A DNA stretch of 64,000 nucleotides from Octopus bimaculoides (Eukaryota). The stretch is from assembly GCF_001194135.2 (NCBI RefSeq), contig NC_069003.1:11867529-11931528 (forward strand). Reading direction: 5' to 3'. Under the pieces are notes generated by a model. It made no database searches, was not told the origin of the DNA, and saw nothing but the letters and a program-made list of their open reading frames with translations. Position 1 is the stretch's first letter; every line of letters starts with the position of its first letter. A program made the position numbers and the translations under genes. Positions 25,130 through 37,328 of this stretch are shown in pieces.

Positions 25130-26860
25130 AGGGCTTGCAGGGTTCCATTCCACTGTTGGGAAGTCCAGTTTCTTCTGGTTGGTGTCATATCGGCAATACA
25201 AACCATCAATTGCTGGCTGCAAATTGAACCTGGCTACCAAGTACCAACTCCACACTGACTCATCCTGTCTCCATGATCCCAACGTTGCCTCTATATTCGT
25301 GTACTCTATCACCAATCACTTTACTGCCCTGGCTGAAGATGAGATTGACAGTCGCAAGCTCTTTAAATTGAACATCAACCATACCGCACGTGATGTTTTA
25401 GTAAACTTAAGATCTCTTTCCAAGTGTCCTTGGATTTCACTGCAGATAATCAGTTGATATGAATGAGCACTGCTAGCTCAACCAGATGCACATCAAGGCC
25501 ATCACAGATGACCAGAAGTTCTGGGTAGAAGGCGAGTGCCTGGAGGTAGCAACAAGGAACGACGACATCAGTCAGGTGTTCAACATACTCCACAGAGCCC
25601 ATGCCAGTCCCCAGTTCAAGACAGCTCTGGTGAAGGATAACAATGGCAGCGTCATCACCACAGAAACTACCTGCCTTGAACACTTCAGCCTTTATCCTCA
25701 CCCACCTGACCCAATCAATCCCAGCCTAATCATACTGCAGACACAGCTTCAACCAACAACACTTGCAGACTTGATCCTGTCACCCCCACTGAAGTTAGTT
25801 CTGCCCTGAAGAAGCTCAACATCCATAAAGCTCTTAAAATTTGCACTATCACTGCAGAGATGTTGAAGTGGTTCGCATCATCAACCATGTATGGGTTTCA
25901 GAGCAGTTCCCAAATGACAACCTGGGAATCATTTTCCCCTTCTGGAAATGGAGGGAAAACAAACTTGTCTGCAGTAACCACATGGGCATCACCCTCCTCT
26001 CCATCCCGAGCAAGCTCTTCATCAGGATCCTTCTCAGCCAAGCTCTTCTCCTGCCATCAAAAGCAGATGTTGCCCACAACAAGCTGGTTGCATGCCGAAT
26101 TGATCTACTGCTGACCATATTTTTGCCTTTCATCTCAGTATTGAAAGATCTTGGAGTACCACATAGATTACCACCTTTGTTGACCTCAAGGTGGCATTCA
26201 ACATGGTTGACCATGCATCCCTCTGGAAAATTCTCAAGTTTGTCAGCATGTCTCCTTAGATCATCACCCTGTTCCAATGGCTCCAGAACAGAACTGAGAG
26301 CTGTGTGTGGGTGAACAGGAAGGACTCTGACTGGTTCCCCGTCATCAGCGGGGCCCGACAGGCCACTGTGGCTGTCCCTGACCACTTCAACCATGTCATT
26401 GATCACAAAAACCCTGGCAAAGTAGATTGATGGTTTCAATGGCGGAGCCCTGAGAATCAATGACAACATCAAATGGTGCCATCATGTTTCCAACGAACAA
26501 CTGCGTGTGTGCTTGCATCAGTCAGCAGCCTCCCACCTCATAGCTATCCGTCGCATGTGCTGGTATGGACATGTCTTCTATCTGCCACTAGATCATCCTA
26601 CCAGGGCCTTACTCTCATTCAATGAAATAACTACAGGCTGGAGAGGCCCTGTAGCTGACCCTGCGTCAAATGGCTGGGCATAATTTAGGAAGATCTCCAG
26701 AGGCTCAACATCATCTTGGAGGACAGAGAGGCTGGCATGGGACCGCCAGCAATGGGGAGCACTGGTGGACCTCGTCAGCTCTATGCATGAAGCCTCTGGC
26801 ACCACTAACCTGAGATGATTTCAGCCCCATCAAGCAAGAGTATGAAGCAAGCAAGAATGT
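25130..26860 (+). mobile_element. Degraded LINE (RTE-like) with ORF2 remnants
   Basis: Frameshifted RT-region motifs EVSSALKKL, GITLLSIPSKLFIRIL, VDLKVAFNMVD, SLWKIL, DSDWFP..SG.RQ. Confidence 0.75.
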
Positions 26861-27247
26861 ATAACAAAGGTAGAATGTTACTTGAATAACCCTCATTATA
26901 TAACTGGTATTGAAGGATGGAATCTCTCGAAATTGATATAAAAGAAAGGAATCACTAGTACTATGACGTATTACAACCCATTATAGATTGGTGGTCCAGT
27001 AATTGCTTCGATTGCTTTAACCACATTATATAACTGGTGTGAAAGGATGGAATGTAAGCAAAACATGCCAACACAGGCACACACAAACTTACATGCATAT
27101 ACGTCTTGTCACATAATATTAAGGCTGTTCCCTTGGAAACGGACACTTACAACTTTCGGTATGTCAGCAATGGACGCTTCTGATTGGCTAAAATTATATA
27201 ATTGTAGAGGCTTGTAACATTTTTATTTTTAATTTCAAAAGAAAGTC

Positions 27248-27465
27248 GGTGAGTTGGCAGAATTGTTACCGTGCCGGACAAAATGCTTCGCAGTATTTTT
27301 CGTTCGTCTTTACGTTCTGAGTTCAAATGCTACCGAGGCCTACTTTGCCTTTCATCCTTTCGGGGTCGATAGAATAAAGTACCAGCTGAGCATTGGGGTG
27401 GATGTAATCGACTGGCCCCTTCTGCCAAAATTTCAGGCTTCGTGCCTATTGTAGAAATTATTAAT
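27248..27465 (+). mobile_element. SINE family C
   Basis: Head ggtgagttggcagaa, B-box-like gagttcaaat, body tttgcctttcatcctttcggggtcgata, (ATT)n-like tail. Confidence 0.8.
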
Positions 27466-28339
27466 TCCTACAGAAAATGGACATCATTTTTGCTATCAGC
27501 ATGCGAAACTAAATCAGTATTGGTGATTTGAGAAAATTTTAACAGATCCCGACTTAACCCTGTTAGACGGTGCTCCGGCATGGTTGCAATCCACTGAGCG
27601 AACAAATAACAAGAGTGACTCAGGTTTTTCGGCAATAAAAATGTTCTCTTTCCTGCATAGGTTGTGGGCTTGAGGGTATCATAGCTTCAGAAGTTTGACC
27701 TCAATAATCATTCAATCACAACAGTGGTTGAGATGAAAGAAATACCACGGGAGGGAAAGAAAAGAGAAATACGAACTAACAAACGAAAACCAACCAACAA
27801 CAATGTCGTAGCCCCCATCCGCGTCCCCTTCCTTGTCACCTGTGACAGTGAAAATAATAGAAACTAAACAGGAAATGGTCATTGAAATACACAGCAATAG
27901 TATTTTATTGCCAACCTTAGTTAAATGAATATTTTTTTTTCTTTTCGTATACAATTACTGTGACTTGGAGCCAAACGAAGGTGCCTATATGTGGACGTTA
28001 CGTTTGACTTGCTAGAAACAGCAGTCAAAATTTTCCTTAAGCTTCAAGGCTTAAGCAAGGTGGGTTAAATTGGCTAATGTACTGGATACATTGTCGCTCG
28101 ACCTACTAGAAATAGCTGCCAAATCTCCCTCAAATCAAATACTTTTAAACTAGGAAGAAAGGAATATTAGATTGGCTAATGTAGCCAAATCTCCCTCAAA
28201 TCAAATACCTTCGTTTTAAACGAGGAAGAAGGGAATATTAGATTGGCTAATGTAACCAAATCTCCCTCATCTCACACAACCATCCTTTAAAAAAGCGCAT
28301 AGAAAATGTACTTACAGGATATACGGAAAGACGTGTTAA

Positions 28340-28790
28340 CCTGGTCTTTAATCCTTTTGTTACCATATTTCTATCAAAATACACTGCTTTTATTTCAGTT
28401 AATTTTGAAAACAATGAATGATTTAATAAAATAATTTTTCGTTATTACCCTGGTGTTTAGAACATAGATGATGACGAAATTTTGATGGAAAGTTTTATTT
28501 TAGATCACTTTAACACGGAAAATTTGTAAGAAACTACGGTCTCAAAATCAGTCACAGAGCAGACTGACGGATTTATACAACATTATTGAAATACACCACC
28601 TTTGTTTCAATAAATTTTGAAAATAATAAAGAACTTAGTAAATAGTTTGGTGTTTGGAACATAACATGAAATTTTAATGGCAGATTTAAATTTAGATCAC
28701 TTAAATAAGCAGGAAATTTGTCTCATAGAACCAGATGTTGGTGGTTGAGGAGCAGTTTCAGGCAGGCCGGTATCAAATTGGTTAGTTGTA
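28340..28790. mobile_element. Fragments of piggyBac-like MITEs (same family as 58708)
   Basis: ttgttaccatatttct...aaatacactgc...tttcagttaattttgaaaa units twice, ending ggtatcaaattggtta. Confidence 0.5.
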
Positions 28791-29099
28791 AGGTCTGGTC
28801 GATCTATGTTTGATAAATCGCAAGGCACTCGTTAATATATGTCAACTAGATTTGACAAGCAGTAAAAGCCAACAGGTGCAAACACAATTGGAATTCCAAA
28901 CATGTCGTTTACTGGTGTGTAAAATTTGTGAACTCTTCTTTGATCCTGAAGTTCTGTGAATTAAATTGTTAAACATATGGCAGGAGAGGGATTTAACATG
29001 TCAGCTTGTTCTCTCCTAGAATAAATTCCACATACTTCCTGTCTTTCCTTCACTTATTCATTACATATAAACCATCATATATTTTACCTTGGACCTTTT

Positions 29100-29545
29100 A
29101 TCGCTTGATTCATTGCACTGCGGCCATGTTGGGGCACTGCCATCGAGGGCGTTTCAGTCGAACAAATCGCTCCCTCCTGTAATTATTTCTTTAAAACCTA
29201 GTACTTATCTATCGAATTCTTGCCATACCGCTAAGTCATGGAAGTAAACAAATCAACCGCAGGACTTATTCTTTGCAAGCTTAGTGCTTATTCCATCGGT
29301 CTTTTACCGAACCGTTAAGTTACAAGGACGTAAACACACCAACACCGGTTGACAAGCGATGGTGGGGTACAAATACACACACACACATAAATATACATAT
29401 ATACGATAGGTTTCTTTCAGGTTCTGTCTGTCAAATCCACTCACAAGGCTTTGGTCAGTCCGAGACTATAGTAGAAGACACTTGCTCAAGGTGTCATGCG
29501 GTGGGACTGAAACTAGAGCCATGTGGTTGGGAAGCAAGCTTCTTT
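29100..29545 (-). mobile_element. SINE family B with partial internal duplication
   Basis: Family B tail, body and head; the cctagtacttat...ccgctaagt segment occurs twice. Confidence 0.75.
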
Positions 29546-31304
29546 ATTTCATAAATATTTGCCATAAAGGCATTACAAAGAGGAGACGAACAAGGACAGA
29601 CAAGCTTCTTACTACACGACGGTCTTCTTTCAGTTGCCATCTACCACTCAAAAGCTTTTGAGACTGAACCCAGAACCATGAGGTTGGCAAACAAATATCT
29701 TACCATATAGCAACTCCTGCGCAGAACGAGATAAAAAAAAATCCAAGGCTGTGAATAGTTTTCAGCCTTACAGCTGTTTCCGGGATATTTTATATATTCC
29801 ATCATAAGAGACGGTGCGAGAAAATGGTTAAGCAATAGTTATTATAGAGAAGATATGAAATACAGAATGAAGTGGAAGAATGAAAACAGACATGAGATAC
29901 GTAAGGATATTGTATTTGCAGTTCCATTATTTAAGCAGAATGGAGTATATATGTTTCCTGTACCTTGTATGTGAGTTCTAAAGGTAACACACACACACAC
30001 ACACACACACGTATGTGCGTACATACATATATACAAACGTACAAACAAACTAGGTTAAATCAAATATTTTTATTTCATATTTTAACTTCTAAAGGCAATT
30101 TCACTGTAGAAGTTAAAATATCTCACAAACATATTTGAAGTAACCTAAAGTTTATCTCCCATCACTGCTTCGCTTTACGGCTTATGTATGTGTATATGTA
30201 TATATACGTGGTATATATGTGTGTGTGTGTGTGTATGTTTTATCTTTATTTGTCGAAAGACACCTGTTGTTATTTTCTTTGTAATTGTGTAACATTTTCT
30301 CCATTTTGTTGTACACTTTCACTTGCTTTCTCTCAAAATATTTAATGCTCTTAGCTTAGATTTTTGGGGCCAGCCAAATTTGAACAGTCTTAAGTGTAAC
30401 CAGCTGAAATTGTGAGGATAATCTGGAAACTTGACTGAGGACAGACGGCTGCGAATGACCCGTTGGATCTCGGTTGTCAGATGATGAAGGTTCCAATTGA
30501 ATTAATGTGTTGGTGGCTGAACATTCTGTAGACGTGTGTACCTTTAACGTTATTTTTAAGGTAGATTTAGCGAGATACAGTGTTGTTACAATACTGTTTT
30601 TTTTAATACAATTCACCTGGCGGGTTTCTAGGTCCCGTCTTACAAGTGATTCACTCAGAAATTATGGCTCGGCTCAGGGTTATTGAAAATGATGTCTGCA
30701 GAGAGATCGAATACAAGACCTTGTGTTCGCAAATTTTCAAACCATTTGACTGTAGTGTATTTATGACATATGTACGTACATACATGCATGTATGCATGCA
30801 AAGATGTTCTCTATTCCAAGCAATGTGGTAAAGCTTTGCGGAGGATATGTTGTTAATTTCTCGATTTGTCGCTCGCGTAAGCTGATTTGAAATGTATAAT
30901 TCTCCATTCTTTTATATTTTCCTACTGTACCCTTTGACCAATGAATTTATTCGGTATTGATGAACTCTGGATCTACAAATTGGACAGGTAGTGAAATGTA
31001 AATTTACGGACTACGTGGATTACAATGAATTTTCACTGGTCAATTTGGTTGGCCGAGTTTGATTCTTGTAGAGTGCTTAAAAAATATTCGCCTGGATTTT
31101 AAAACCCGTTTTCTCTTGTTTTTAAGTCATTTTCCTTTTGTGTGCGTGTATTTGGTTTAAAAAAGCCTTTAGCATATATGCAATGGAAGTCAGTATTCCA
31201 TTCAGTCAAGCCAGTATTTAATTATTCAAAGTGTGAAAGAGTAGGTGATGATATCAGATCGTTTTGAATTTGTTATTGTACATTTTCGCACTGTCGTTGA
31301 TTTG

Positions 31305-31727
31305 GCTATGTAGTAAGAAGTTTGCTTCCCTAACCTCATGATTTCGGGGTACTACTAAAGCAGCACGGTCCCGAACGCGCAGTCGATCCTAACCCTAACC
31401 CTATCCCTAAACCTAACCCTAACCCTATCTCTAACCCGCGTGTGCAAATGAATACGTGTTTAGGGTTAGGATCAACCACTCACGACTAGCTAGCGCGGAC
31501 GCGCGACTGCGCGTTCGGGACCGTGCTGCTTTAGTAGTACCTGATTTCGGGTTCAGTTCCACTGCGTGGCACTTCAGGCAAGTGTCTTCTACTATAGCCT
31601 CAGGCCGACCAAAGCCTTGTGAGTGGATTTGGTAGACAGAAACCGAAATAATTCCCTCGTGTGTTTGTCGTTCGCCTCACACCACTCGACAACCGGGTTT
31701 TGCTGTGTTTATGTCCGCATAACTTAA
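31305..31727 (+). mobile_element. SINE family B interrupted by a MITE and ending in a gap
   Basis: Head ggctatgtagtaagaagtttgcttccctaacctcatgatttcgg resumes gttcagttccactgcgtggc after the insert. Confidence 0.75.
31348..31541. mobile_element. 194 bp MITE with 9-bp TSD (Mutator-like) containing telomere-like (CCCTAA)n
   Basis: Perfect about 38 bp TIRs ggtactactaaagcagcacggtcccgaacgcgcagtcg; exact TSD tgatttcgg at 31339-31347 and 31542-31550; internal ccctaaccctaaccctatccctaa and tttagggttagg. Confidence 0.9.
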
Positions 31728-32309
31728 NNNNNNNNNNNNNNNNNNNNNNNNNNNNNNNNNNNNNNNNNNNNNNNNNNNNNNNNNNNNNNNNNNNNNNNNN
31801 NNNNNNNNNNNNNNNNNNNNNNNNNNNNNNNNNNNNNNNNNNNNNNNNNNNNNNNNNNNNNNNNNNNNNNNNNNNNNNNNNNNNNNNNNNNNNNNNNNNN
31901 NNNNNNNNNNNNNNNNNNNNNNNNNNNNNNNNNNNNNNNNNNNNNNNNNNNNNNNNNNNNNNNNNNNNNNNNNNNNNNNNNNNNNNNNNNNNNNNNNNNN
32001 NNNNNNNNNNNNNNNNNNNNNNNNNNNNNNNNNNCAAGTAATAAAATGACAAACCGTTTCCTTCGGTACAAACCCCTCCACTCCTTTCTTTTGTGTGTGT
32101 ATGTAATGTATCACCTTGGACTTTTTGACTTAAGCATATTGTATGTTGTTATTTGGTTGTCTGCGGAGGGAAAAGGGTAAGTGGAGGGTGAGGGATTTTA
32201 TTTGCTTGAATGTTGTTGTTTATCTGATGCTGTTCATTGATTTTGGAGAGAAACCAAAAGGTTTATAGTGTAAACCGTGCTAACATTCGTACATTGAAAT
32301 AGATCTATG

Positions 32310-32353
<44 letters not shown>

Positions 32354-32532
32354 CAACGCAGTCGAGAGGTTGCCTTGCCAAGTCTGTATTTTTATGTTAT
32401 CAAGCATCCATCCAGACTATATTTATTCCCATAACTGAAATAAATGTCTATTTCTCTCACAATAAAACATAAAACCTAGCCTAGAAAAAGCAATTTTATT
32501 TTGCTCTGAGTCAGCCCTCCCTAGCTTATTAC

Positions 32533-32568
<36 letters not shown>

Positions 32569-33272
32569 ACGCGCGCGCGCACATCTGTATCCTGTCTGCA
32601 TTATAGAGAAATGCAATTTACTGTTTTTCTATATTGTGCTCTGCTGTTATTTTATTTTCCTCTTCACGTTTGTGAGAAGACCTGTTTGTGTGTCCTTTGA
32701 AGTATTTTTCCCCCTTTTCAATCTTATTTTTTTTTCGTCCTTTTTTTTAAATCATTTTTTTTTCTTTTTAATCTGGCATTTATTTTTACTTATTTTTTTT
32801 TATTTTTAGAAATATTTTGTCTTTTTCTACCTTCTCTTCTATTTACGTAGCAATTTCAAAACATCTCACACAAATGAATGTTTTGGATTTTACTAATACA
32901 GAGCTGAATTGTCAGTCTGATCTATTATGCGTCTCCAATCAGAAAGAAAAACAACAACATCGATAGCGAATTCCCCTCCCTTACCACCATAGTTTCTTGT
33001 TTTCTTTTCCTTTTCACTCTTTCAAGTCTTAGAACCGCAGGAAATATTCTGAAATAAATAATTGTAGAGTTGCTTTCGTTGTTAACTTGGAAACAAACAT
33101 TAAATGTAGTATGAACAGGTAACATATTATTTATGTAAAACATGAAATACGATTCAAATCTTGTTTTGCTTTGCTGGGAGAGAAAGCAGTTGGCAAAACT
33201 ATGACCAAAATGCATTATAGTCATGACCATCGCGCCGTTATTTCAGACACAGTATATCTAAAATATTCACGG

Positions 33273-33481
33273 GGCGATCTTTCGGTACTAGTTCCTAAAT
33301 ATCGGCCTTTTCCGTAAAAAGTGTTGGAGAGAAACAGGGAAACGACGTCATAACAGCAAAAGACATACAGACAGTGAAGATCGTGCGGGTGTTACGGAAA
33401 CGGCCGATCTTTGGTAAAGATCGTCAAAGACACTTTTTACGGAAAAGGCCGATATTTAGGAACTCGTACCGAAGGATCGCC
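33273..33481. mobile_element. 209 bp MITE with about 50 bp TIRs and 8-bp TSD (Merlin- or hAT-like)
   Basis: TIRs ggcgatc(t/c)ttcggtac(t/g)agttcctaaatatcggccttttccgtaaaaagtgt; exact TSD attcacgg at 33265-33272 and 33482-33489. Confidence 0.85.
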
Positions 33482-33959
33482 ATTCACGGATGTCGAGAAT
33501 TGAATGATCACTTCTGAGCGCAGAAGTTTTATGTTGTGGAAATGTAAGGTTGGAAGTCGTGGGTAAACCTTCAATTTTTTAATAGTGCAACACGCTTGAT
33601 GATGTGACATGTCTTTTGTGGCCTGCTTCTCAAAAACGTTGGTCCATACCCGGTCTAGGACTATTATCTAAATTATATGAACTAACAAGAGAACCACTTC
33701 TTATTCTAAAGACGTATAGTGTATTTTGAAGGAGACTTAGCTACTGTTTTTGATAGATCGAACGACTATATAGAGGCTCCTCCTATTTGTCATTTGAAAT
33801 GTTTTCCTTGTGCTTTCATTACCTCTAATATACCACAGTGAAACTACAAACATTGCAATTGCTAAAAGATTGTAAAGGTTTTGTTGATGTTTGGCTCCAC
33901 ATCAGCTTTGATGCGACACTCCTTTACAACAATCATGTGATGCTAAAACAAGGAAACAC

Positions 33960-33993
<34 letters not shown>

Positions 33994-35927
33994 ATAATGG
34001 GCTTCTTTCAGTTTCTGTAGCTTTGGCTAGCCCTGGGTTATAGGAGAAGAAAGGTACATGCCCAACATGCCATGCAGAGAGACTGACCCTAAAACCGTAT
34101 AGACAGGAAACAAACTTCTTAATCATGCACCCATGTCTGTGCCTGTTACAGCAAAAACAACAAAAATAAACCCCAAAAGACACCAAGTTGGGATGGTCAT
34201 GGCCGAAACACCTTTGATCATAGATCTGCTTGATCAAAGCTTCGACTAAATAACAACAATGCAGCTAAGTGCAAGTTACAAAGAGTCAATATAGAAGCAG
34301 GTAAGTGGCTTGGTACTGTTTGCAGAAAAGGTATAGGTAGGAATTTGATAATGTGTTGCCTATATCGTTAGTAGGTTCTCATAGTGATGCAATGGAATTT
34401 AGAGGTATGCATAAAAATGACTGGAAAAGTTAGTAATATGAACAGTCTTTGCTGCCTGGAGTGACAGGATTAATGGAGGAAGCAGGACTAATGATGATAG
34501 TACAATGGCTAGAGTTAGAGGTGGGTAGATGATAATCTGAAGTACATCTAACCTTTTTGGCTGCTTTGCAGCAATTGTAAGGAGTGTGGAAATGAGACTT
34601 TGGCTGTGTATATAAAGAATCTAAAAGCATTAGAGATGCACTGGTAGGTTGCCTGCAAGAAAGACCTAACAAGTAAGCCTCTTTGGGTCACACAAACTGC
34701 TAGAAATAGCAGCTGAATTCTCTTGAAATTACATCCTACCATCTTAAAGGATATATTAACCATTGTAGTCATTTATGTACTGAAAGACAGGACAGTTATG
34801 GCTGGAATGATTTTGATCAGAGGAATCCACTTGATTAGGAGTAAACAACAATATAAGTGAAAGAGGACCGAGAATGTGGTTGGGCATCAGAAATATCAGC
34901 TGACTCTGCTTATTGAGGCATGTGATATGAATGGTTGATGTAAAATAGATGAAATAGCAATAGAAGGTTCTAGTAGTAGTAGTAGTAGGAGGAGATGATA
35001 TACAATAGAGATGTGGAAAGCTACAGGGGAACAGACTTGCTTAACCCATGCAAGGATGGATAAATAAACATAAAATTGATGATGATGATGATTTTGCTGT
35101 CACCGCCACTGCATGTGATGTATGTGTGACATCTTCATGAAAATAAATGGGTGGGGGCTAGTGATATTTCTAAAATCATCATCATCATAACATCTACTTT
35201 TCTATGCTTGCATGGGTTGGACAATGTTTATTGAGGCAAATTTCTACAGCTGCATGCTCTTCCTGTCACCAACCCTCCCTGCTTCAAAGCTTCAAAAGCT
35301 CTTTTTAACCCCAGTTATTTATTTTTTAGCATATAGTCTTTAGACACTATCACCTTTTGTTCTTCACCTTATTAATCAAAACTCATACTTTACAATTAGT
35401 ATTTCAACATATTTTCACACTGGCTACATTCGACAGACATTGATATATATTTGCTGTAATTAATAACAAACTTTTCCCATTAGCTCTTAACTTCACCAGT
35501 CATGCCAAAAAGCAATCTGTCTATGTTACAAACTGTACCGAATGGCCTCCCAGTTTACTTAGTCCTGATGTAATCATATACGTTCATTTATGCATAGATC
35601 ATGATATTATTACATCATGTCTTCCTTTCTATTATGCTTTAGTTGAAGAGTATATGATAGGTAGAAGAGGAATATATCTTCTCATTGAAAGCATTATTTG
35701 AAGTAACTTAATACACTACCACAGCTCTGTGTATATTGGAATAGGAATGGCTATGCGCTTAAGAAACACACTTTGCAATCACATGGTTTCAGGTTTAGTC
35801 CCATTGTGTTGCATCTTGGGCAAGTGCTATTGGTCAATCAATGGCATGCAAGTGAATTTGGTAGACAACAACTGTGAGGAAGCTTGTGTATGTATACATA
35901 TATACGTATCCCCTGCCCCTTCATATA

Positions 35928-36108
35928 TGAGGGGGTGTTGAAAAGTTCCTGGTTTTGGTTTAAAGAAAATACAGGAGGATCAGAGAGACACATTTATTAC
36001 AGCAGTCCTTCAGTTTTTCTAAGCCTTGTAAAAGAACTCAGAATGTTGGGTTTCCAGCCAAGCTTTTTGGTATATCCTTAAAGCCAGGAACTTTTCAGCA
36101 CTCCCTCA
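35928..36108. mobile_element. Mariner-type MITE (181 bp)
   Basis: TIRs tgagggggtgttgaaaagttcctgg / ccaggaacttttcagcactccctca with TA on both sides. Confidence 0.85.
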
Positions 36109-36119
36109 TATATATATAG

Positions 36120-36204
36120 ATTGGAGCCTGGTGTTGCCATCCGGTTTCACCAGTCCTCAGTCAAATCATCCAACCCATGCTAGCATGGAAAGCAGACGTT
36201 AAAC

Positions 36205-36237
<33 letters not shown>
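36120..36237 (+). mobile_element. RTE-type LINE 3' end with (GAT)n tail
   Basis: Nearly identical to 15620-15731. Confidence 0.8.
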
Positions 36238-36276
<39 letters not shown>

Positions 36277-36306
36277 CACACACATATATATATATATATA
36301 CATATA

Positions 36307-36340
<34 letters not shown>

Positions 36341-37227
36341 CACACATATATATATATACATATATATATATANNNNNNNNNNNNNNNNNNNNNNNNNNNN
36401 NNNNNNNNNNNNNNNNNNNNNNNNNNNNNNNNNNNNNNNNNNNNNNNNNNNNNNNNNNNNNNNNNNNNNNNNNNNNNNNNNNNNNNNNNNNNNNNNNNNN
36501 NNNNNNNNNNNNNNNNNNNNNNNNNNNNNNNNNNNNNNNNNNNNNNNNNNNNNNNNNNNNNNNNNNNNNNNNNNNNNNNNNNNNNNNNNNNNNNNNNNNN
36601 NNNNNNNNNNNNNNNNNNNNNNNNNNNNNNNNNNNNNNNNNNNNNNNNNNNNNNNNNNNNNNNNNNNNNNNNNNNNNNNNNNNNNNNNNNNNNNNNNNNN
36701 NNNNNNNNNNNNNNNNNNNNNNNNNNNNNNNNNNNNNNNNNNNNNNNNNNNNNNNNNNNNNNNNNNNNNNNNNNNNNNNNNNNNNNNNNNNNNNNNNNNN
36801 NNNNNNNNNNNNNNNNNNNNNNNNNNNNNNNNNNNNNNNNNNNNNNNNNNNNNNNNNNNNNNNNNNNNNNNNNNNNNNNNNNNNNNNNNNNNNNNNNNNN
36901 NNNNNNNNNNNNNNNNNNNNNNNNNNNNNNNNNNNNNNNNNNNNNNNNNNNNNNNNNNNNNNNNNNNNNNNNNNNNNNNNNNNNNNNNNNNNNNNNNNNN
37001 NNNNNNNNNNNNNNNNNNNNNNNNNNNNNNNNNNNNNNNNNNNNNNNNNNNNNNNNNNNNNNNNNNNNNNNNNNNNNNNNNNNNNNNNNNNNNNNNNNNN
37101 NNNNNNNNNNNNNNNNNNNNNNNNNNNNNNNNNNNNNNNNNNNNNNNNNNNNNNNNNNNNNNNNNNNNNNNNNNNNNNNNNNNNNNNNNNNNNNNNNNNN
37201 NNNNNNNNNNNNNNNNNNNNNNNNNNN

Positions 37228-37272
<45 letters not shown>

Positions 37273-37277
37273 CACAC

Positions 37278-37328
<51 letters not shown>

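Noticed and set aside
28830-29020. Protein-like frames on both strands near 28.9 kb
   Set aside because: Equally plausible readings on each strand with weak splice sites; cannot be supported.
31385-31440. (CCCTAA)n as a true telomere or fusion site
   Set aside because: Short, degenerate and enclosed by TIRs and a TSD.
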